A stretch of 64,000 nt of DNA from a virus, in the IMG/VR virus record IMGVR_UViG_3300010403_000003, positions 1-64,000 of that record. One strand, written 5' to 3'. Every line of letters starts with the position of its first letter. Position 1 is the stretch's first letter. A program made the translations under genes and the position numbers. Below the pieces are notes generated by a model. That model saw only the letters and a list, made by a program, of their open reading frames with translations. It ran no database searches and was not told the origin of the DNA. Shown in pieces: positions 18,072-29,196 of the stretch.

Positions 18072-18443
18072 CTACCGCCCCGCGTCACCGGGTTCAAGTG
18101 GCGAGAGCGTTATGCGATTCCACGCCTGGACTGCTTCGAGCTTGGTTAGCCGGTGCGGCCCCACAAGGCACGGCTTGGGTTCAGCGCATTGCACGAGCCA
18201 ATGGCTCGAACCGTATGACGAAAGATGCGATCGGCCTCCGCAAAACGGACAAGCTTGCGGCGTCGGCTCGGCGTTGGGGTCGGTGGCGGTGAAGCCGTAG
18301 CTAATATGCCAGACTTCGTTTTCACCAAGATCGTCTTCCAGCCAAAGGTGTTCGCCATGCTGGGCAATGACTTTCTTGGGTTTTCCGCTCGCGTGTCCAT
18401 CGACCGTATGCCACACCGTCTGCCCAGGCTTGAACTCGCTCAT
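18072..18443 (-). CDS. Lar-family restriction alleviation-like zinc finger protein
   Basis: QACPFCGG..VQC..C..EAVQAWNR. Confidence 0.7.
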   Translation of the reverse strand: MSEFKPGQTVWHTVDGHASGKPKKVIAQHGEHLWLEDDLGENEVWHISYGFTATDPNAEPTPQACPFCGGRSHLSSYGSSHWLVQCAEPKPCLVGPHRLTKLEAVQAWNRITLSPLEPGDAGR

Positions 18444-18631
18444 ATTCTCTCGCTTTCTTTCGGAATAGCCCGCCCGCTCACAATCGCAACCTCGCGCGGC
18501 GTGAGTGTCTCCAGCCCGCGTTCGACGCGGCTGACGTGAACCGCGGAGCATTCCAGCTTGTCGGCCAGCATTTGCACGGTCATTCCGCGCGAGGTACGCC
18601 AATCGCGGAGGGAGGGCCAGTTGGGGATCAC
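18440..18631 (-). CDS. XRE-family HTH regulator
   Basis: LRDWRTSRGMTVQMLADKLECSAVHVSRVERG; upstream palindrome GTTAGC-acca-GCTAAC. Confidence 0.8.
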   Translation of the reverse strand: MIPNWPSLRDWRTSRGMTVQMLADKLECSAVHVSRVERGLETLTPREVAIVSGRAIPKESERI

Positions 18632-18737
18632 TCGAAGTTCTCCAACAAGTTAGCACCAGCTAACAAAACATTAAAACCGAACCAATTGCGGATAAATCGC
18701 GATCTCGTCCCGAATAGGAAGGGTTCACGGTCGCACA

Positions 18738-19745
18738 TCACTTGAACGCTTCCAATCGCTTAACCGGACACCCATCTTTGTGGCCCACCACAACGCCAGT
18801 CTCGTTCGGATAGCAAACCTTGCACGAGAAGCCCTTGTCAGTGATGAGATGCTCGGCGAGTTCGCGGGCAAGAAGCAACAACGAATGATGATCCTTGGTG
18901 AGTTTGGCGTACCCAAGGCAAACGTCTTCCGTGGCTTCCTTCACGGCGGCGTCGATGGCTTCGGTAATTAATCGGACTGCCGCTTCTTTGCCATCCTCGC
19001 TAGGATTAAGCATCGGCGCAAGGTCGTGATTAAAGACAAGACACTCGGCTCGCTCTTTCGCCGTCATCGTTTTCCCTCTTTCCTTCGCACGGCCTTCCCC
19101 AGCCGTTTATGCGGCCCCTGCCACCCGTGCGGCAGTTCGCTGGGCGGCAATTGCTTTCGCGGAATCTCGTAAGGCGGGACATCCACGATGCCGCGCAGTT
19201 GGCGAACGGCGGCGCGGGCGAACGCTTCGGCGGTGCTGTTGGTGTGGCTCATTTGCGCATCCCTCGCTTCGCCTTACGCTTCGCAACAATCTCCGCGTGC
19301 TTTCTCCCGGCCGCGGCGGTCTTAACGCGCTTCAGGTCGCGGCGAACGAGTCGCTCGACGTTGTTACCGTCAAGCGTGAGAATCAACGCGATCATTTCCA
19401 GGCCGAGACCACCACGCGCGCCCCGCGATTGCTCAATCCGCATCAGTTTCCCGAATTCGGGATGACGGTCGAGGCCGGCCGCGAACGAAACAACGTCGCC
19501 GATTTTCATGGCTTTCTCCTCCTCCAATACGCTTCTTCGTAATAGTCGAACCTCTCCCAACCATCACACCCTTTATCGACATTTCGTTCCCAGCCTTCGC
19601 CTTCCGGTGGCTCGTCTTCGTAATCCCAAGCCTTGCGAGGCCCTTTGGTCCGGTCATACTCAAAGTCGGGGTGCCATTCCCGATCGTGAAGTATCTTTTC
19701 GAGGCGAACTAGCCTCTCCATGTCGGTTTCTTTTTTGTCGCTCAT
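18738..19745 (-). other. run of four small coupled hypothetical genes
   Basis: 18738-19067, 19064-19252, 19249-19509, 19506-19745 with ATGA overlaps. Confidence 0.55.
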
Positions 19746-19825
19746 ATCGAACCCTTTCGCTTTGTCGTGTATCATTCCCTATATGGATGAATCGTTAATC
19801 CGCTGGCTACTCGCCGATCCGTGCA

Positions 19826-20299
19826 TCACGAATGCCGAAGCTGTCCGTTTTGCCGACATTTCCGACACCGCCGCGCCCCGCGTCCGTCCAGGTAAACGTT
19901 CGCCCCTTGGAGCGGATGCCCACGTGAACAATGTGTTTTCCGTGCGATCCACGCGGCACGCCGCTTTTTCGCGATCACCTTGCGATTATCGGCGTACCGC
20001 TGACGGTTGTAATTCGCCTCGCATGTCCGGCACTGGCGGAAGCCTCGCTTATCGAATTTGACGTTGTCGCCGGAATACTCGTGGCCGGACGGGCAGTGCG
20101 TCTTGGCGCGGTTGCCATTCGACGGGTTGGCAATGTCGTGGCCAGCCCGGATAATCTCAAGAAACATCGCCTCGGCGCGGTCGAGCGCGTTCAAGACCGG
20201 CAAATACTTGTCGCCTGATCGCTTCTCGGCGGCAACCATGACGTCAGCGAGGTCTTTCTGGATGCCGACCAGGTGGCGCTTGAGGATTTTGGTTCTCAT
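19826..20299 (-). CDS. protein with two KTHCxxGH zinc modules (HNH-associated DNA-binding domain)
   Basis: KTHCPSGHEY..RQCRTC and KTHCSRGHPL..RRCRKC. Confidence 0.7.
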   Translation of the reverse strand: MRTKILKRHLVGIQKDLADVMVAAEKRSGDKYLPVLNALDRAEAMFLEIIRAGHDIANPSNGNRAKTHCPSGHEYSGDNVKFDKRGFRQCRTCEANYNRQRYADNRKVIAKKRRAAWIARKTHCSRGHPLQGANVYLDGRGARRCRKCRQNGQLRHS

Positions 20300-21181
20300 A
20301 ATTCTCGATACATGCTCGCAAGGTCGTCGGGTTCCAGTTGCAGCGTCATTCTTTTCTTGAAGTCCTCAACGCTCTCGTTCCATTCGACCTGCAACTTGAG
20401 AAATTTAATAAAATGCGGGATTGCCAATTCGGTCAGTTCCGCGACGGTCGTTGTGGGCGGCAACCAAATTTCTACCGGGCCTGCCGCGAGCGGAATACGT
20501 GCCCAAAGCAAACATCCGGGCGATGGCCGAAGAACCCATCGCTCTTGATGCTCAAAAACCAGTTTGTCGGTCATTTGGTCCCCGCGATCCGTTTTTCTCC
20601 CAGGGCGATCGCGGCGTCGATTATGACACACACCGTGGCCTTCGCGATGTCGCGCTCGCACCCGCAATGATTGATGAAGAATTCTGCCTCTTTCAAAGCG
20701 TTCGACATGGCCGCAACGCGATCCGCATCCGGCGCGCACCCGTAAAGCTTCCGCTGCTCGGCGGCGCAACCGTCGGCGAATTCGCGCGGGCCGACTTTGC
20801 CGTGCAGGTCGTGGCATAAATTGTGGGCGGCGATGATGGCGCGGGCCTCGTCCCGCTCCCGCTCCGCGACGGCGAGCTTACAGCGGTCGGATTGGTGGAC
20901 GCCCATAAATGACAAGATTGAGCCACACACGAAAACACGGGAGACTCTGCCCTCTTGGGCTGCGTTGCATTTCGGGCAAGTTGGTTCGCTCATGGCGTTG
21001 ACTCCGTGCCGACAAGGCTCAAGCGAACCCCATCGACGATTGGCCGAATCATGAGTATGTCGAGCAGTTCGCCCACTTCGGCCATTGTTTTGCGGCAAAA
21101 TACGCATTCCGGGTTGTGGCACATATCGCCTTTCAAATCCAAGCAATCGTCGCAGATGCGAATTACAATCGGACGAATCAT
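20296..21181 (-). other. three small hypothetical genes
   Basis: 20296-20574, 20571-20993, 20990-21181, coupled. Confidence 0.5.
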
Positions 21182-21579
21182 GTGAAAAGTTCCTTAAGAA
21201 GCCCAAACACCTTCCCCGCTTTCACGTCGGCTGGCGTGCAATGGATTATTCGCCAGCCGAGAATCGTGGCCCTGTTCATTTTGTCTTGGTCCCTAATAAC
21301 GCCTGAGCCTCTCGTATGGCCTCCTCCCGTCCATATGCCACCGTCCACTTCGAGGGCAATTTTTCTTTCCGGCCACGCGAAATCAATGCGCCAGCGGCGA
21401 GCACAGAACATGAATTCCCGGCACGGAATCGGCAGTCCGTAAGCTCGCCACACGGCGTCAGCGATGACGGTGGCTTTCCTGGGGCCGCGCTTGCCGTTCG
21501 CCTTGGGCAACGTCAGCCCGAGCTTGGTGGCGGCGGATTTGGAGAGGCGAAGCATTCGGAACCTCGGGGTTATGGGCAA
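21178..21579 (-). CDS. PD-(D/E)xK endonuclease (Vsr/DUF559-like, possible resolvase)
   Basis: REFMF..RRWRIDFAWP..IALEVDGGIWTGGGHTRG..DKMNRA..GWRII. Confidence 0.8.
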   Translation of the reverse strand: MPITPRFRMLRLSKSAATKLGLTLPKANGKRGPRKATVIADAVWRAYGLPIPCREFMFCARRWRIDFAWPERKIALEVDGGIWTGGGHTRGSGVIRDQDKMNRATILGWRIIHCTPADVKAGKVFGLLKELFT

Positions 21580-23220
21580 TATCTTTTGATGGTTTCCCGA
21601 GCGGAAGCGACGGACGGCCCGTCAGCCTTGCGGTCAATTAAACTAATGATCGCTGCGCACAAATCCACCACGGCGAGATCGTAGCTGCCTATAGCCTCAG
21701 CGTAAGGCACGAATCGTCCTTCCGGGTTCTCTTCGAGGCTAGCACCGGGGCCGGCAAAATCTAGTCGCGTCATCTGGTATCCTCGCGCACCAGTGTGGGG
21801 GTCACTGTCTCGCTACCATGACGACGTTTCCGCTCCGATACCTTTCGAGACGTCGCACGGCTTCGGCGTGTTCTTTCATGCGAATCTCGTACTGGCCCAT
21901 CACTTCCAGCATAGCTAGTCGCGTCAATCGCTCATGTTTTTCAAGTTCCTTGCCGCGAGGGTGGGCATCGCACTTTGGATCATCGCAAATCAAGTCAACG
22001 TCGCCGCATTCTGGACACCATGACACTGGGCCGTGGCATTTGAAGCGTCCAGGGCAAATAGGAGTTTCGCTCATGGTTTTCTCGCTCTGTCTTCGTCCCA
22101 AGCTGGTCGGCCATCACTGTGATTTGAACAACACTGGCTTGGGTCATGTTTGAAACCGAATTCATTGCATTCCCCGCACCGGGGACATCCGGATTCAACG
22201 CCTCAGCCGTCCCAATTGTGGCCGCACTTCCAGCACGACCAGCTAACCCACGGAAAACTCATTTAAGATTCCTCGTCGGCCTCTTCGATCGAAAAATGCT
22301 CGCATGACGGATCACAGTCAAACATCAGTCGTGCCTGATCTTCGGCCGCTTCGGGCGTCTCGGCTAGGATTTGCCCAAGGTAATCGACATTGCCGGCTCG
22401 CGGGCCTTCCTGGCATCGAAATACATCGAACGTCGTCATCTCGTTCCCCCTAAGTGTGCAAAGCTGGTGGTCACTGGCAGCGTACAAGATTCTTGATTTG
22501 CTCAACTTGGCATCTCGTGGACTGGTACGCGAGTCTCGCATGTTTGCTGGTCCAGCAAACCAAGGCGTTTTCCTCGCCGTCGTAAATGGTTTGCACGGTC
22601 CCTCGTCGCTCGCTAAATTTCCCGTTTGCCAATCTCCGCTTGACTCGGTCGCCGGATTTCAGGTTGCACACGTCGATTCTCCTAGTGGTCAAGCGCACCA
22701 GTATGGCAGGCTGGCGGTCATCGCCCTTCCCGAAAAATCACTAATTGCTTTCATCATTAAAAGTAAATGGTTCCATACTAGCTTCTAAAACTTTTCCGCC
22801 GGTCTTTTCAAGAGCTTTCCTTATCGACGAAAGTGTCGATTCGGCAATTAGTTTTTCCCAGGCTTTGCGAATACCCGGTTCGTCTTCAAGACGATGAAAC
22901 AAAAATGCTATCTCTTTCGTGGTCCCATTTCCTTGAACCAAAACAGCGTGAACGCCGTCGCGTTTATCGATGAATTTGATGCCCACTTCGATTTTTTTCT
23001 GTGCCATTAGGGCATACTCCTTTTAGGCGCGGGCAACGAGACGAGAATTTTGCTTTATTTCATCCCGCAATTGCCGCTCGAACTCTTCCAAGTTGCGGAA
23101 CTTCGCGTCCAGAGACGCCGCTAAAATCGTCTCGCCGTTGTCCGCGGCAGTCTCGAATCGCTCCCAAACGTCCTGCATTTGGTCGCGAAGTCGCTCCAAT
23201 CGCTTGCTTGGGTCGGGCAT
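21570..23220 (-). other. series of small hypothetical genes
   Basis: 21570-21773, 21802-22074, 22263-22440, 22741-23007, 23023-23220. Confidence 0.5.
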
Positions 23221-23222
23221 TT

Positions 23223-23816
23223 TTAACTCACCTTTTTCATTTTTCCGCGCGAGTTGTCGGCCAGTCGCGCTTGGTTTTGAAGCTCGGCGCGACCCTTGTC
23301 CTCTTTGTTTTTCTCGTCAATCATGTCCTGCCAGCCGGTTGTCACAGTCGTTTCGTAGGTGTGAAGCGACATTGGACGACGCTTTGCTTGGTCAAAACTT
23401 TGCAATTTAGACGCGCCGCGATGGCAAGAACATGTGACCGCAGCCGTCGCTTTGTAGCCTCCCGGCCCTTGAATATACTCGCCGTCTTTCACGCATTGCG
23501 GATGCGGAACGAGCACATATCCGAGATTTTGGCAGAGTGAGCAACGCAGGCCGGTAAACTCGTCGTCGCGCTGCGCGGCGAACGCTTTTGTTTGCTGGGC
23601 GCGTTTAACGCCCAGGATGCGGAAAAGGCCGGAAACATGCTCGTTTCTGAACGTTGGGGCTAGTTTTAGGAGTTCGATCGAGGCGGCTTTCAACTCGGCC
23701 AACGAATAAGAATCGAGAGCGTTCCGCCACGACACGACCATAGCAATGTCGGCCTCATTCATGCCAAACATGGTCGTGTGCAAAGTGACCCAGGCAGCAA
23801 AATCATCCTTACTCAA
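23223..23816 (-). CDS. putative helicase loader/replication accessory protein
   Basis: W..AL..Y...E...A helical N-terminus plus CSLC..CSC; follows the initiator gene. Confidence 0.5.
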   Translation of the reverse strand: MSKDDFAAWVTLHTTMFGMNEADIAMVVSWRNALDSYSLAELKAASIELLKLAPTFRNEHVSGLFRILGVKRAQQTKAFAAQRDDEFTGLRCSLCQNLGYVLVPHPQCVKDGEYIQGPGGYKATAAVTCSCHRGASKLQSFDQAKRRPMSLHTYETTVTTGWQDMIDEKNKEDKGRAELQNQARLADNSRGKMKKVS

Positions 23817-24355
23817 GATCGCGTCCTTTCCTGCTTTTCAAGTTCCGCTTCCAGAAACGCCTCACGTTTCGTTTTTTTTCTAGGCGAAGCCGATGGGTTA
23901 GGTTTTCCGTCCGCTCCGTCCGTTAGTCCGTTAGTTCCGCCCGGGAGAGCATTGCTCGTTGCATCGCTTTGCAATGCTTCAAGCATACTTGAAGCAGATT
24001 GCTTGGCTTTAGCCCAACGCGCTTTTGCCCCGGCTTTTCCGCGGATACTAAACGATTCGATATGTCCTTGATGGTCAAGGAAGTCGTGGACGTTGTAATT
24101 TCCGTCACCGACTGGCTCTAAGAACCCGACAGACACTAGGAGTTCGATAGCTTTGCCCTTCTTACCATGCCAATTAAGATGAACCTCAAGTAACTTCATT
24201 GAACGGGCAGATATCACTCCGGTCTCTGGATGATACCTGGCGGTAAACCGCCATAACCTGATCGGTAGTATTTCCGCCCAGTTTCCAAGTTCAGCTACGA
24301 GGCTCATCACTTTGGGATGTTCAAAGTAGTCGAGATCGATGTTTAGTGCTGGCAT
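23813..24355 (-). CDS. putative phage replication initiation protein
   Basis: IDLDYFEHPKV..LVSVGFLE..YNVHDF..H..GKAGAKARW. Confidence 0.65.
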   Translation of the reverse strand: MPALNIDLDYFEHPKVMSLVAELGNWAEILPIRLWRFTARYHPETGVISARSMKLLEVHLNWHGKKGKAIELLVSVGFLEPVGDGNYNVHDFLDHQGHIESFSIRGKAGAKARWAKAKQSASSMLEALQSDATSNALPGGTNGLTDGADGKPNPSASPRKKTKREAFLEAELEKQERTRS

Positions 24356-24753
24356 TCGTTCGACTCCAATATTTCGATTGGAGCGGAAGGGAGACGCCCA
24401 CCCTTCCAAGAATTGCAACTTTGACAGATTGGCTGAAAGTTGCAAATATCATTCGTCCCACCCCAACAAATAGGGAGGACGTGGTCTATGAGAGTTGCCG
24501 GGTTGCCTTTGCAAATAAGGCATTGGTCGCCGAATTTGGCGAAAACTAAAGGAAAAAGTTTCAGGCGTATTTTCCTGAATCGATTACGCAGATAAATGCA
24601 AGTTGATTCGTTTGCGGTTATTCGACGCCGGACAAACTGTGGGTGAGATCGCGATTTCGGAGCGGGGGAATTAATCGGCCACTTTCCAGCCCAGACTTTT
24701 TGAAAGTCCGGGTCGGCCCAAATACGAGGATCTATAATGTGCGTCGCTGGCAT
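24343..24753 (-). CDS. HNH endonuclease
   Basis: CLIC..IDHVLP..GGTN..NFQPICQSCNSWKG. Confidence 0.9.
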   Translation of the reverse strand: MPATHIIDPRIWADPDFQKVWAGKWPINSPAPKSRSHPQFVRRRITANESTCIYLRNRFRKIRLKLFPLVFAKFGDQCLICKGNPATLIDHVLPICWGGTNDICNFQPICQSCNSWKGGRLPSAPIEILESNECQH

Positions 24754-24835
24754 TCCTTACCAATCCTTTCCCCACTCGCAACTTTCGCCCCGCTAACGAC
24801 TTTCGCAATCTGTGAACTATCGGCGCACAAAAAAA

Positions 24836-25327
24836 CTACACAAGCCGAATGAACCCGACGCTCGCGTTCCAGGTCGCCTTCTGCACCGCCTGAATCGCCT
24901 CGCTCATGCGCTGGGCAACATCCCCGTCCACGAGCGGCGTATTCTGCGACGCCGCCTCGGCCCGGTTCTCGAACTCCGCAATCAGCCGATGACACTTTTC
25001 CACGGTCCCGCGGATCGGCGTCACGGTCGTCTGATCGAACATTGCCGCCTGCTCGCAGGCTCCCACAGCGTCCTTGACGGCGTCGCGGAGTTCCTTGAGA
25101 CTCTCGCCGTCGATTGCCTTTTCGCGAAGCCGAGCGGATTGCTGGTCGAGCAGATCAGCGGCGGACTCGCGAGCGCCTTTGTTCGCCTTCTGGAAGGCGC
25201 AGTACATCTGCTGCCAGCCATCGGTTGCCGTGGTCTCGGCGGCGCGGCGGACTTCGACGAGGGCGTCCTCGTAAGCCTCTTGGAATTCCTCGACCAAATC
25301 CTCTTTCTTCGAGCGGTTCGTTTTCAT
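24836..25327 (-). CDS. helical hypothetical protein
   Basis: TAAGGAG RBS, 163 aa. Confidence 0.6.
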   Translation of the reverse strand: MKTNRSKKEDLVEEFQEAYEDALVEVRRAAETTATDGWQQMYCAFQKANKGARESAADLLDQQSARLREKAIDGESLKELRDAVKDAVGACEQAAMFDQTTVTPIRGTVEKCHRLIAEFENRAEAASQNTPLVDGDVAQRMSEAIQAVQKATWNASVGFIRLV

Positions 25328-25528
25328 GCAATTTCTCCTTAAGTGCCGGTACTCTCCCGGCTTGTCACGCCACTTTTCATTTCGCAGGTGTCGCGCGGTG
25401 ACCGATTAACGTGGCTTCCCCCACACGGCGGCTTGGCCTTTTTGTTTAACCCCGGTCATGCAAGCCGCAACGTCGCGACCGGAGGTTCCTCGTGCTTCAC
25501 TCCAAAACATACACCGCAAAAAACTCGC

Positions 25529-26386
25529 TCACGCTGGCAAGAGCGATCCGCGTTTCTCTGGGCACTCCCGCACGCGGAACTGTTCCGGCCATTCTTCCCA
25601 ATTGCCGCCATGGCTGTCGTCGCAATGCCACGGTTCACCGTTCCAAACAACACGCGAACCGAACTGCTTGACAAAACACGGCACGCCGAACAGCGCGCAC
25701 GATTGCAAAGCCTGCTCGACCCAAGCGATATCAAATTTCCGTGGCTCTCCCTTGCCTTGCTTCGACTCGCCGCCGACGATCACCCAATCGATCTCGCCCG
25801 TCGAAAGAAGCTGATCGAGGTCAACCGGGCCGATCTGCGGCTCAAGAGAAAGGAACAGGAAGCGGGCGAATGGGCGGCAATGGCGAATAAGACGTTGGCC
25901 CCAAATGTCCGCCGTGTCCTGGTCAGATATGGACGTTCCAATCCAAACGTTCCTGCGACGGAATTCCCGCCGCGTCAACTCGGTTTTGCCGAAGCCGCCT
26001 TGCTCCTGCGAATACCACATATCGGGGACGTTCTCGGGGCGCTTTGTGAGCATCAGGTAATCGAGAGACGGCGTCTTGTCGATTAATTGGAACAGTTCGC
26101 GCCGCCATTCTTGAAGTTCTGGTCGTTTCTCGAAGATGTCGGCCAGCGACGCGCAGAAGACTTTCGCGCGGTGGCCGCTCGCTTCCGCTTCACGTTGCCA
26201 GCGCGGCGGGTCGTTCCATGTCTTTGTTTTCGAGCGAGTGCCGCCCGGCCCCCATTTAACGCGATGATAGCGATGGTCCATCATCTCTTCGGCGTAGCAG
26301 AATTTGCAGCCGGTGTGGACTTTTTCGCAACCGACCCACGGATTAAACGTGTGGTCGGTCCATTGGATTTTTGAATTCTCAGCCAT
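25529..26386 (-). CDS. phage gp37/gp68 (DUF5131) radical-SAM-like protein
   Basis: SKIQWTDHTFNPWVGCEKVHTGCKFCYAE, LTKRP, DWVIVGGES. Confidence 0.9.
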   Translation of the reverse strand: MAENSKIQWTDHTFNPWVGCEKVHTGCKFCYAEEMMDHRYHRVKWGPGGTRSKTKTWNDPPRWQREAEASGHRAKVFCASLADIFEKRPELQEWRRELFQLIDKTPSLDYLMLTKRPENVPDMWYSQEQGGFGKTELTRREFRRRNVWIGTSISDQDTADIWGQRLIRHCRPFARFLFLSLEPQIGPVDLDQLLSTGEIDWVIVGGESKQGKGEPRKFDIAWVEQALQSCALFGVPCFVKQFGSRVVWNGEPWHCDDSHGGNWEEWPEQFRVRECPEKRGSLLPA

Positions 26387-26727
26387 TAGATATCCTCGCT
26401 TAATTTTGGCCACCAAACCGCCGCCTTGAACCCCGTCACGCCGCAAACCCTCACCCCATCCCGATACGCCAATCCGGCCCGCTCAAGTTCGGGAAGCCGT
26501 TTCCTGACGTCGCCACGGGGCGTCCCCGCGATCTTGTCCAATTCGTTCGACGTTCGCCCCGGATTCGCCCGGAGGATGCCCAGCGCCCATTCCTGAGCCT
26601 CGCCGAGCCTTGTTGCCATGTGCGCCGCGGCTTCGTGACTCGTCGCCGGGTCGGAGGCGCGTGCGATGGGCTTTGGCCGGAAATCCGGCAAATCTCCAAA
26701 AAGCGGGTAATTGGCGGATGCCGTCAC
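26386..26727 (-). CDS. winged-helix DNA-binding protein
   Basis: ARASDPATSHEAA..RKRLPELERAGL. Confidence 0.7.
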   Translation of the reverse strand: MTASANYPLFGDLPDFRPKPIARASDPATSHEAAAHMATRLGEAQEWALGILRANPGRTSNELDKIAGTPRGDVRKRLPELERAGLAYRDGVRVCGVTGFKAAVWWPKLSEDI

Positions 26728-27320
26728 GTTGCCACCGCCTTTTGGCGACGCCATGTACTCCTGGAGTGCATGGCATGGCAAATTCTGCACATGCGATGTC
26801 CAAGTTTTGTTATGTGGGTATTTGCTTCCGAGAATTCATGCCCGCGCTTGCAGACTTTTTTGATGCTATTAATGGCTGATAGCGATACGCTGTTTTCAAG
26901 ACAATTAGTTCGCGCATCGACGAGGCGTAGGTGGAGGATATTAATGCAGCGTCGATTTCTGCAAATGTGATCAACAAACATGGCACTCGGGATATCGCCT
27001 CTCAACAATTGCCACACAAACCTATGCGCGCCTTCCATTCGCTTGTTTACCCATATTCTCCCGTAGCCGGTTTTCTCAATTATGCCAACAAACTCCAGGC
27101 AGCCATTTGCAGCCTGCTTAAAACGAATGATCGGCACATCATCTTTATGACGAATTTGCCGCACCGCCTTAAGTTCACAACCACGGGACCATTGTCGCCA
27201 ATGGCTCGCACAAAGGCCGCGACAGAAAAGCCGGCGTCCGCAATCGGCAAATGCGCATATCCTGGTTGGCTTGTCCATTTGAAATTCGCCGAACAGGCTG
27301 TTGGGGGTGGTGTCGGGCAT
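26724..27320 (-). CDS. HNH homing endonuclease
   Basis: GYGRI..AHRFVW..VDHICRNRRCINILHL, C-terminal CKRGH. Confidence 0.9.
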   Translation of the reverse strand: MPDTTPNSLFGEFQMDKPTRICAFADCGRRLFCRGLCASHWRQWSRGCELKAVRQIRHKDDVPIIRFKQAANGCLEFVGIIEKTGYGRIWVNKRMEGAHRFVWQLLRGDIPSAMFVDHICRNRRCINILHLRLVDARTNCLENSVSLSAINSIKKVCKRGHEFSEANTHITKLGHRMCRICHAMHSRSTWRRQKAVAT

Positions 27321-27321
27321 T

Positions 27322-27801
27322 TCACCAATCCTGCGGGACGCAATCGCCGCGCAAATACAGTGGATGCTTCGGTTGTCCGCCCGATGTCAGTCCAAGCGTC
27401 TTCGTCTCCACCATATGCTTCACCATAAACCCACGGCTTTTCAGATTTCCATGTGCGCCCCACGCCGCGATCATCAGGGGCACCGTATGCCGGACATTGG
27501 CTATATGGGCGTCATTGTCCGGCCCAATTGGGTCGCTGTGCTTGTAGAGCACTAATGGGTCCGTGGATCGCAGCGCGAAGATATTCACGACGACCAAGCC
27601 GCCATAGCCCCATGCCTTAGCGAACCCGATACAGCGGCGAATCGTGGGGTCTTCAATCTCGGCGGTCGCCGTGCTCGGGTTCAACATGCAGAACGCTATG
27701 GTAGGCTCGACTTCGGACCAAATGCGCCAGAGGCGATAGCGGTACGCGCCGTCGTCGCTGAATATTGCGCCAGTATCAAGCCACTTTGCCATTTCGGTCA
27801 C
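27322..27801 (-). CDS. DUF1643 family protein
   Basis: YRYRLWRIW..MLNPSTA..DPTIRRC..AAWG..PKHPLY. Confidence 0.9.
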   Translation of the reverse strand: MTEMAKWLDTGAIFSDDGAYRYRLWRIWSEVEPTIAFCMLNPSTATAEIEDPTIRRCIGFAKAWGYGGLVVVNIFALRSTDPLVLYKHSDPIGPDNDAHIANVRHTVPLMIAAWGAHGNLKSRGFMVKHMVETKTLGLTSGGQPKHPLYLRGDCVPQDW

Positions 27802-28844
27802 TTCCCCTTGTTCGCCGCCAGCAGTTCCGCCGACTTCGCCTGTCGCAGCCCAGTCAGTTCGGCGTAGTATTTCTCGCCGAGCACTTTCCGGCGCTGCTCG
27901 ATTTCTTCGCCGACCTTGTACATGGCCGGCATGGCCGCGACTTCATGGAGCGCGTCGGCGAGATTCATGTACCATTGTTTGGCGACTTCTTCGTCGAAGT
28001 CCGGGTCGTTCGGCACTTCCCCGCCAGCGGTATCGAGATTCTCTTGGGGCAGTTCAGCCGGCACGGCTGCTGCCGGCTTGCCGTTCGGAATCTTCGAGCG
28101 GCCCGTTGGAATTGGGGCGGCCTCGGCCCCTTCCTTCGGCTCCGGGTCGTCGCTCTCGGTGATCTTCGTCCCCGTGAGTTCCTCATAAGCCGCCTTGAGG
28201 GCCTTGCGCGCCGCCTTGCCAAGTATGGCGTCCGGCCCCATGCCAGCGTTGACGCGGATGGTAAACTTGCGGCCCGGTTCGCCCTTCTCGTTTTTCAGGA
28301 ACCATTCCTTGCCGTTGATCTTGCAGCGGACAATGAACCGCACCGACGTATTGCCGTTCTCGGCGACGGGGCTGCCGGGGATTTCTTCCAGGTCCGTCAG
28401 GCCGGGAATCTCCCGCACGAGGCGGCGGTAGCCGTTCTGTGCGCCGTAGAATCGGCCGCTGATGACGTTCATCTCGTTGCCGGCGATGTTGAAACCGCGG
28501 ATGAGGGCCTCAACGACAGGCTCAACGAGGTCGCCGGGGCGATAGAGGTCGGTGTTGCCCTTAGCCCCCGTCTTGTCCGTCATGAAGCCGAGCGGGCTAT
28601 TCATTAGCGGCATCACGTAATCGTCGAGGAACTTCTGCGTCACCAGCTTGCGGGCACGCTGGAGCGCCGTCGATGTCGCCACGGCCCGCGAGAGGCCGGG
28701 GTGAGAATCGTCGATGCGGGCGCGGAGCGCCGCTAGGTCTTCCTCGGTCTGAATCAGCACCCTTTCCAGTTCGGCCGCCGATTGCGGGGCGTCTTGGGTC
28801 CGGGCCTGTGCTTGTGTTCGTACTGGTTGCGTTGCAACTGCCAT
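27798..28844 (-). CDS. putative single-strand annealing protein (RecT/Bet-like)
   Basis: Near a PD-(D/E)xK exonuclease gene; MPLMNSPLGFMTDK..GNEMNVISGRFY..GKAARKA core with acidic tail. Confidence 0.55.
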   Translation of the reverse strand: MAVATQPVRTQAQARTQDAPQSAAELERVLIQTEEDLAALRARIDDSHPGLSRAVATSTALQRARKLVTQKFLDDYVMPLMNSPLGFMTDKTGAKGNTDLYRPGDLVEPVVEALIRGFNIAGNEMNVISGRFYGAQNGYRRLVREIPGLTDLEEIPGSPVAENGNTSVRFIVRCKINGKEWFLKNEKGEPGRKFTIRVNAGMGPDAILGKAARKALKAAYEELTGTKITESDDPEPKEGAEAAPIPTGRSKIPNGKPAAAVPAELPQENLDTAGGEVPNDPDFDEEVAKQWYMNLADALHEVAAMPAMYKVGEEIEQRRKVLGEKYYAELTGLRQAKSAELLAANKGK

Positions 28845-28857
28845 CTCTATTCCCCCT

Positions 28858-29196
28858 TTAGTTAGGCTTTATCACGGAATCCCATCTTAATTTGAGCGCC
28901 GCAAAAACACGCATTACGTCGGCCTTGTTGGCATTCGCTAATAGGCGGATGCGGCTTGCCTTGTAATCTTCGCACCGATGCGGCAACAGTTCGGTAAGTA
29001 TGTCGCACGTGCCGTGGGCTTCGGGCGTCTCTGGGTCGTCTTCAAAGTCGAGAACGAGGCAAAACTCGCCAGAGAAACCGTCAAACACTAACTTCCTTGG
29101 TTCACTGCGGCGAACCCGGCAAAACTTTTTAGCCCATTCGTACAATTCGTCGGTGCTTGCGATCATGTGGAATGCCCTGCTAAACAGCCTGCTCAA
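28858..29196 (-). CDS. hypothetical protein
   Basis: ORF between exonuclease and SSAP genes. Confidence 0.45.
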   Translation of the reverse strand: MSRLFSRAFHMIASTDELYEWAKKFCRVRRSEPRKLVFDGFSGEFCLVLDFEDDPETPEAHGTCDILTELLPHRCEDYKASRIRLLANANKADVMRVFAALKLRWDSVIKPN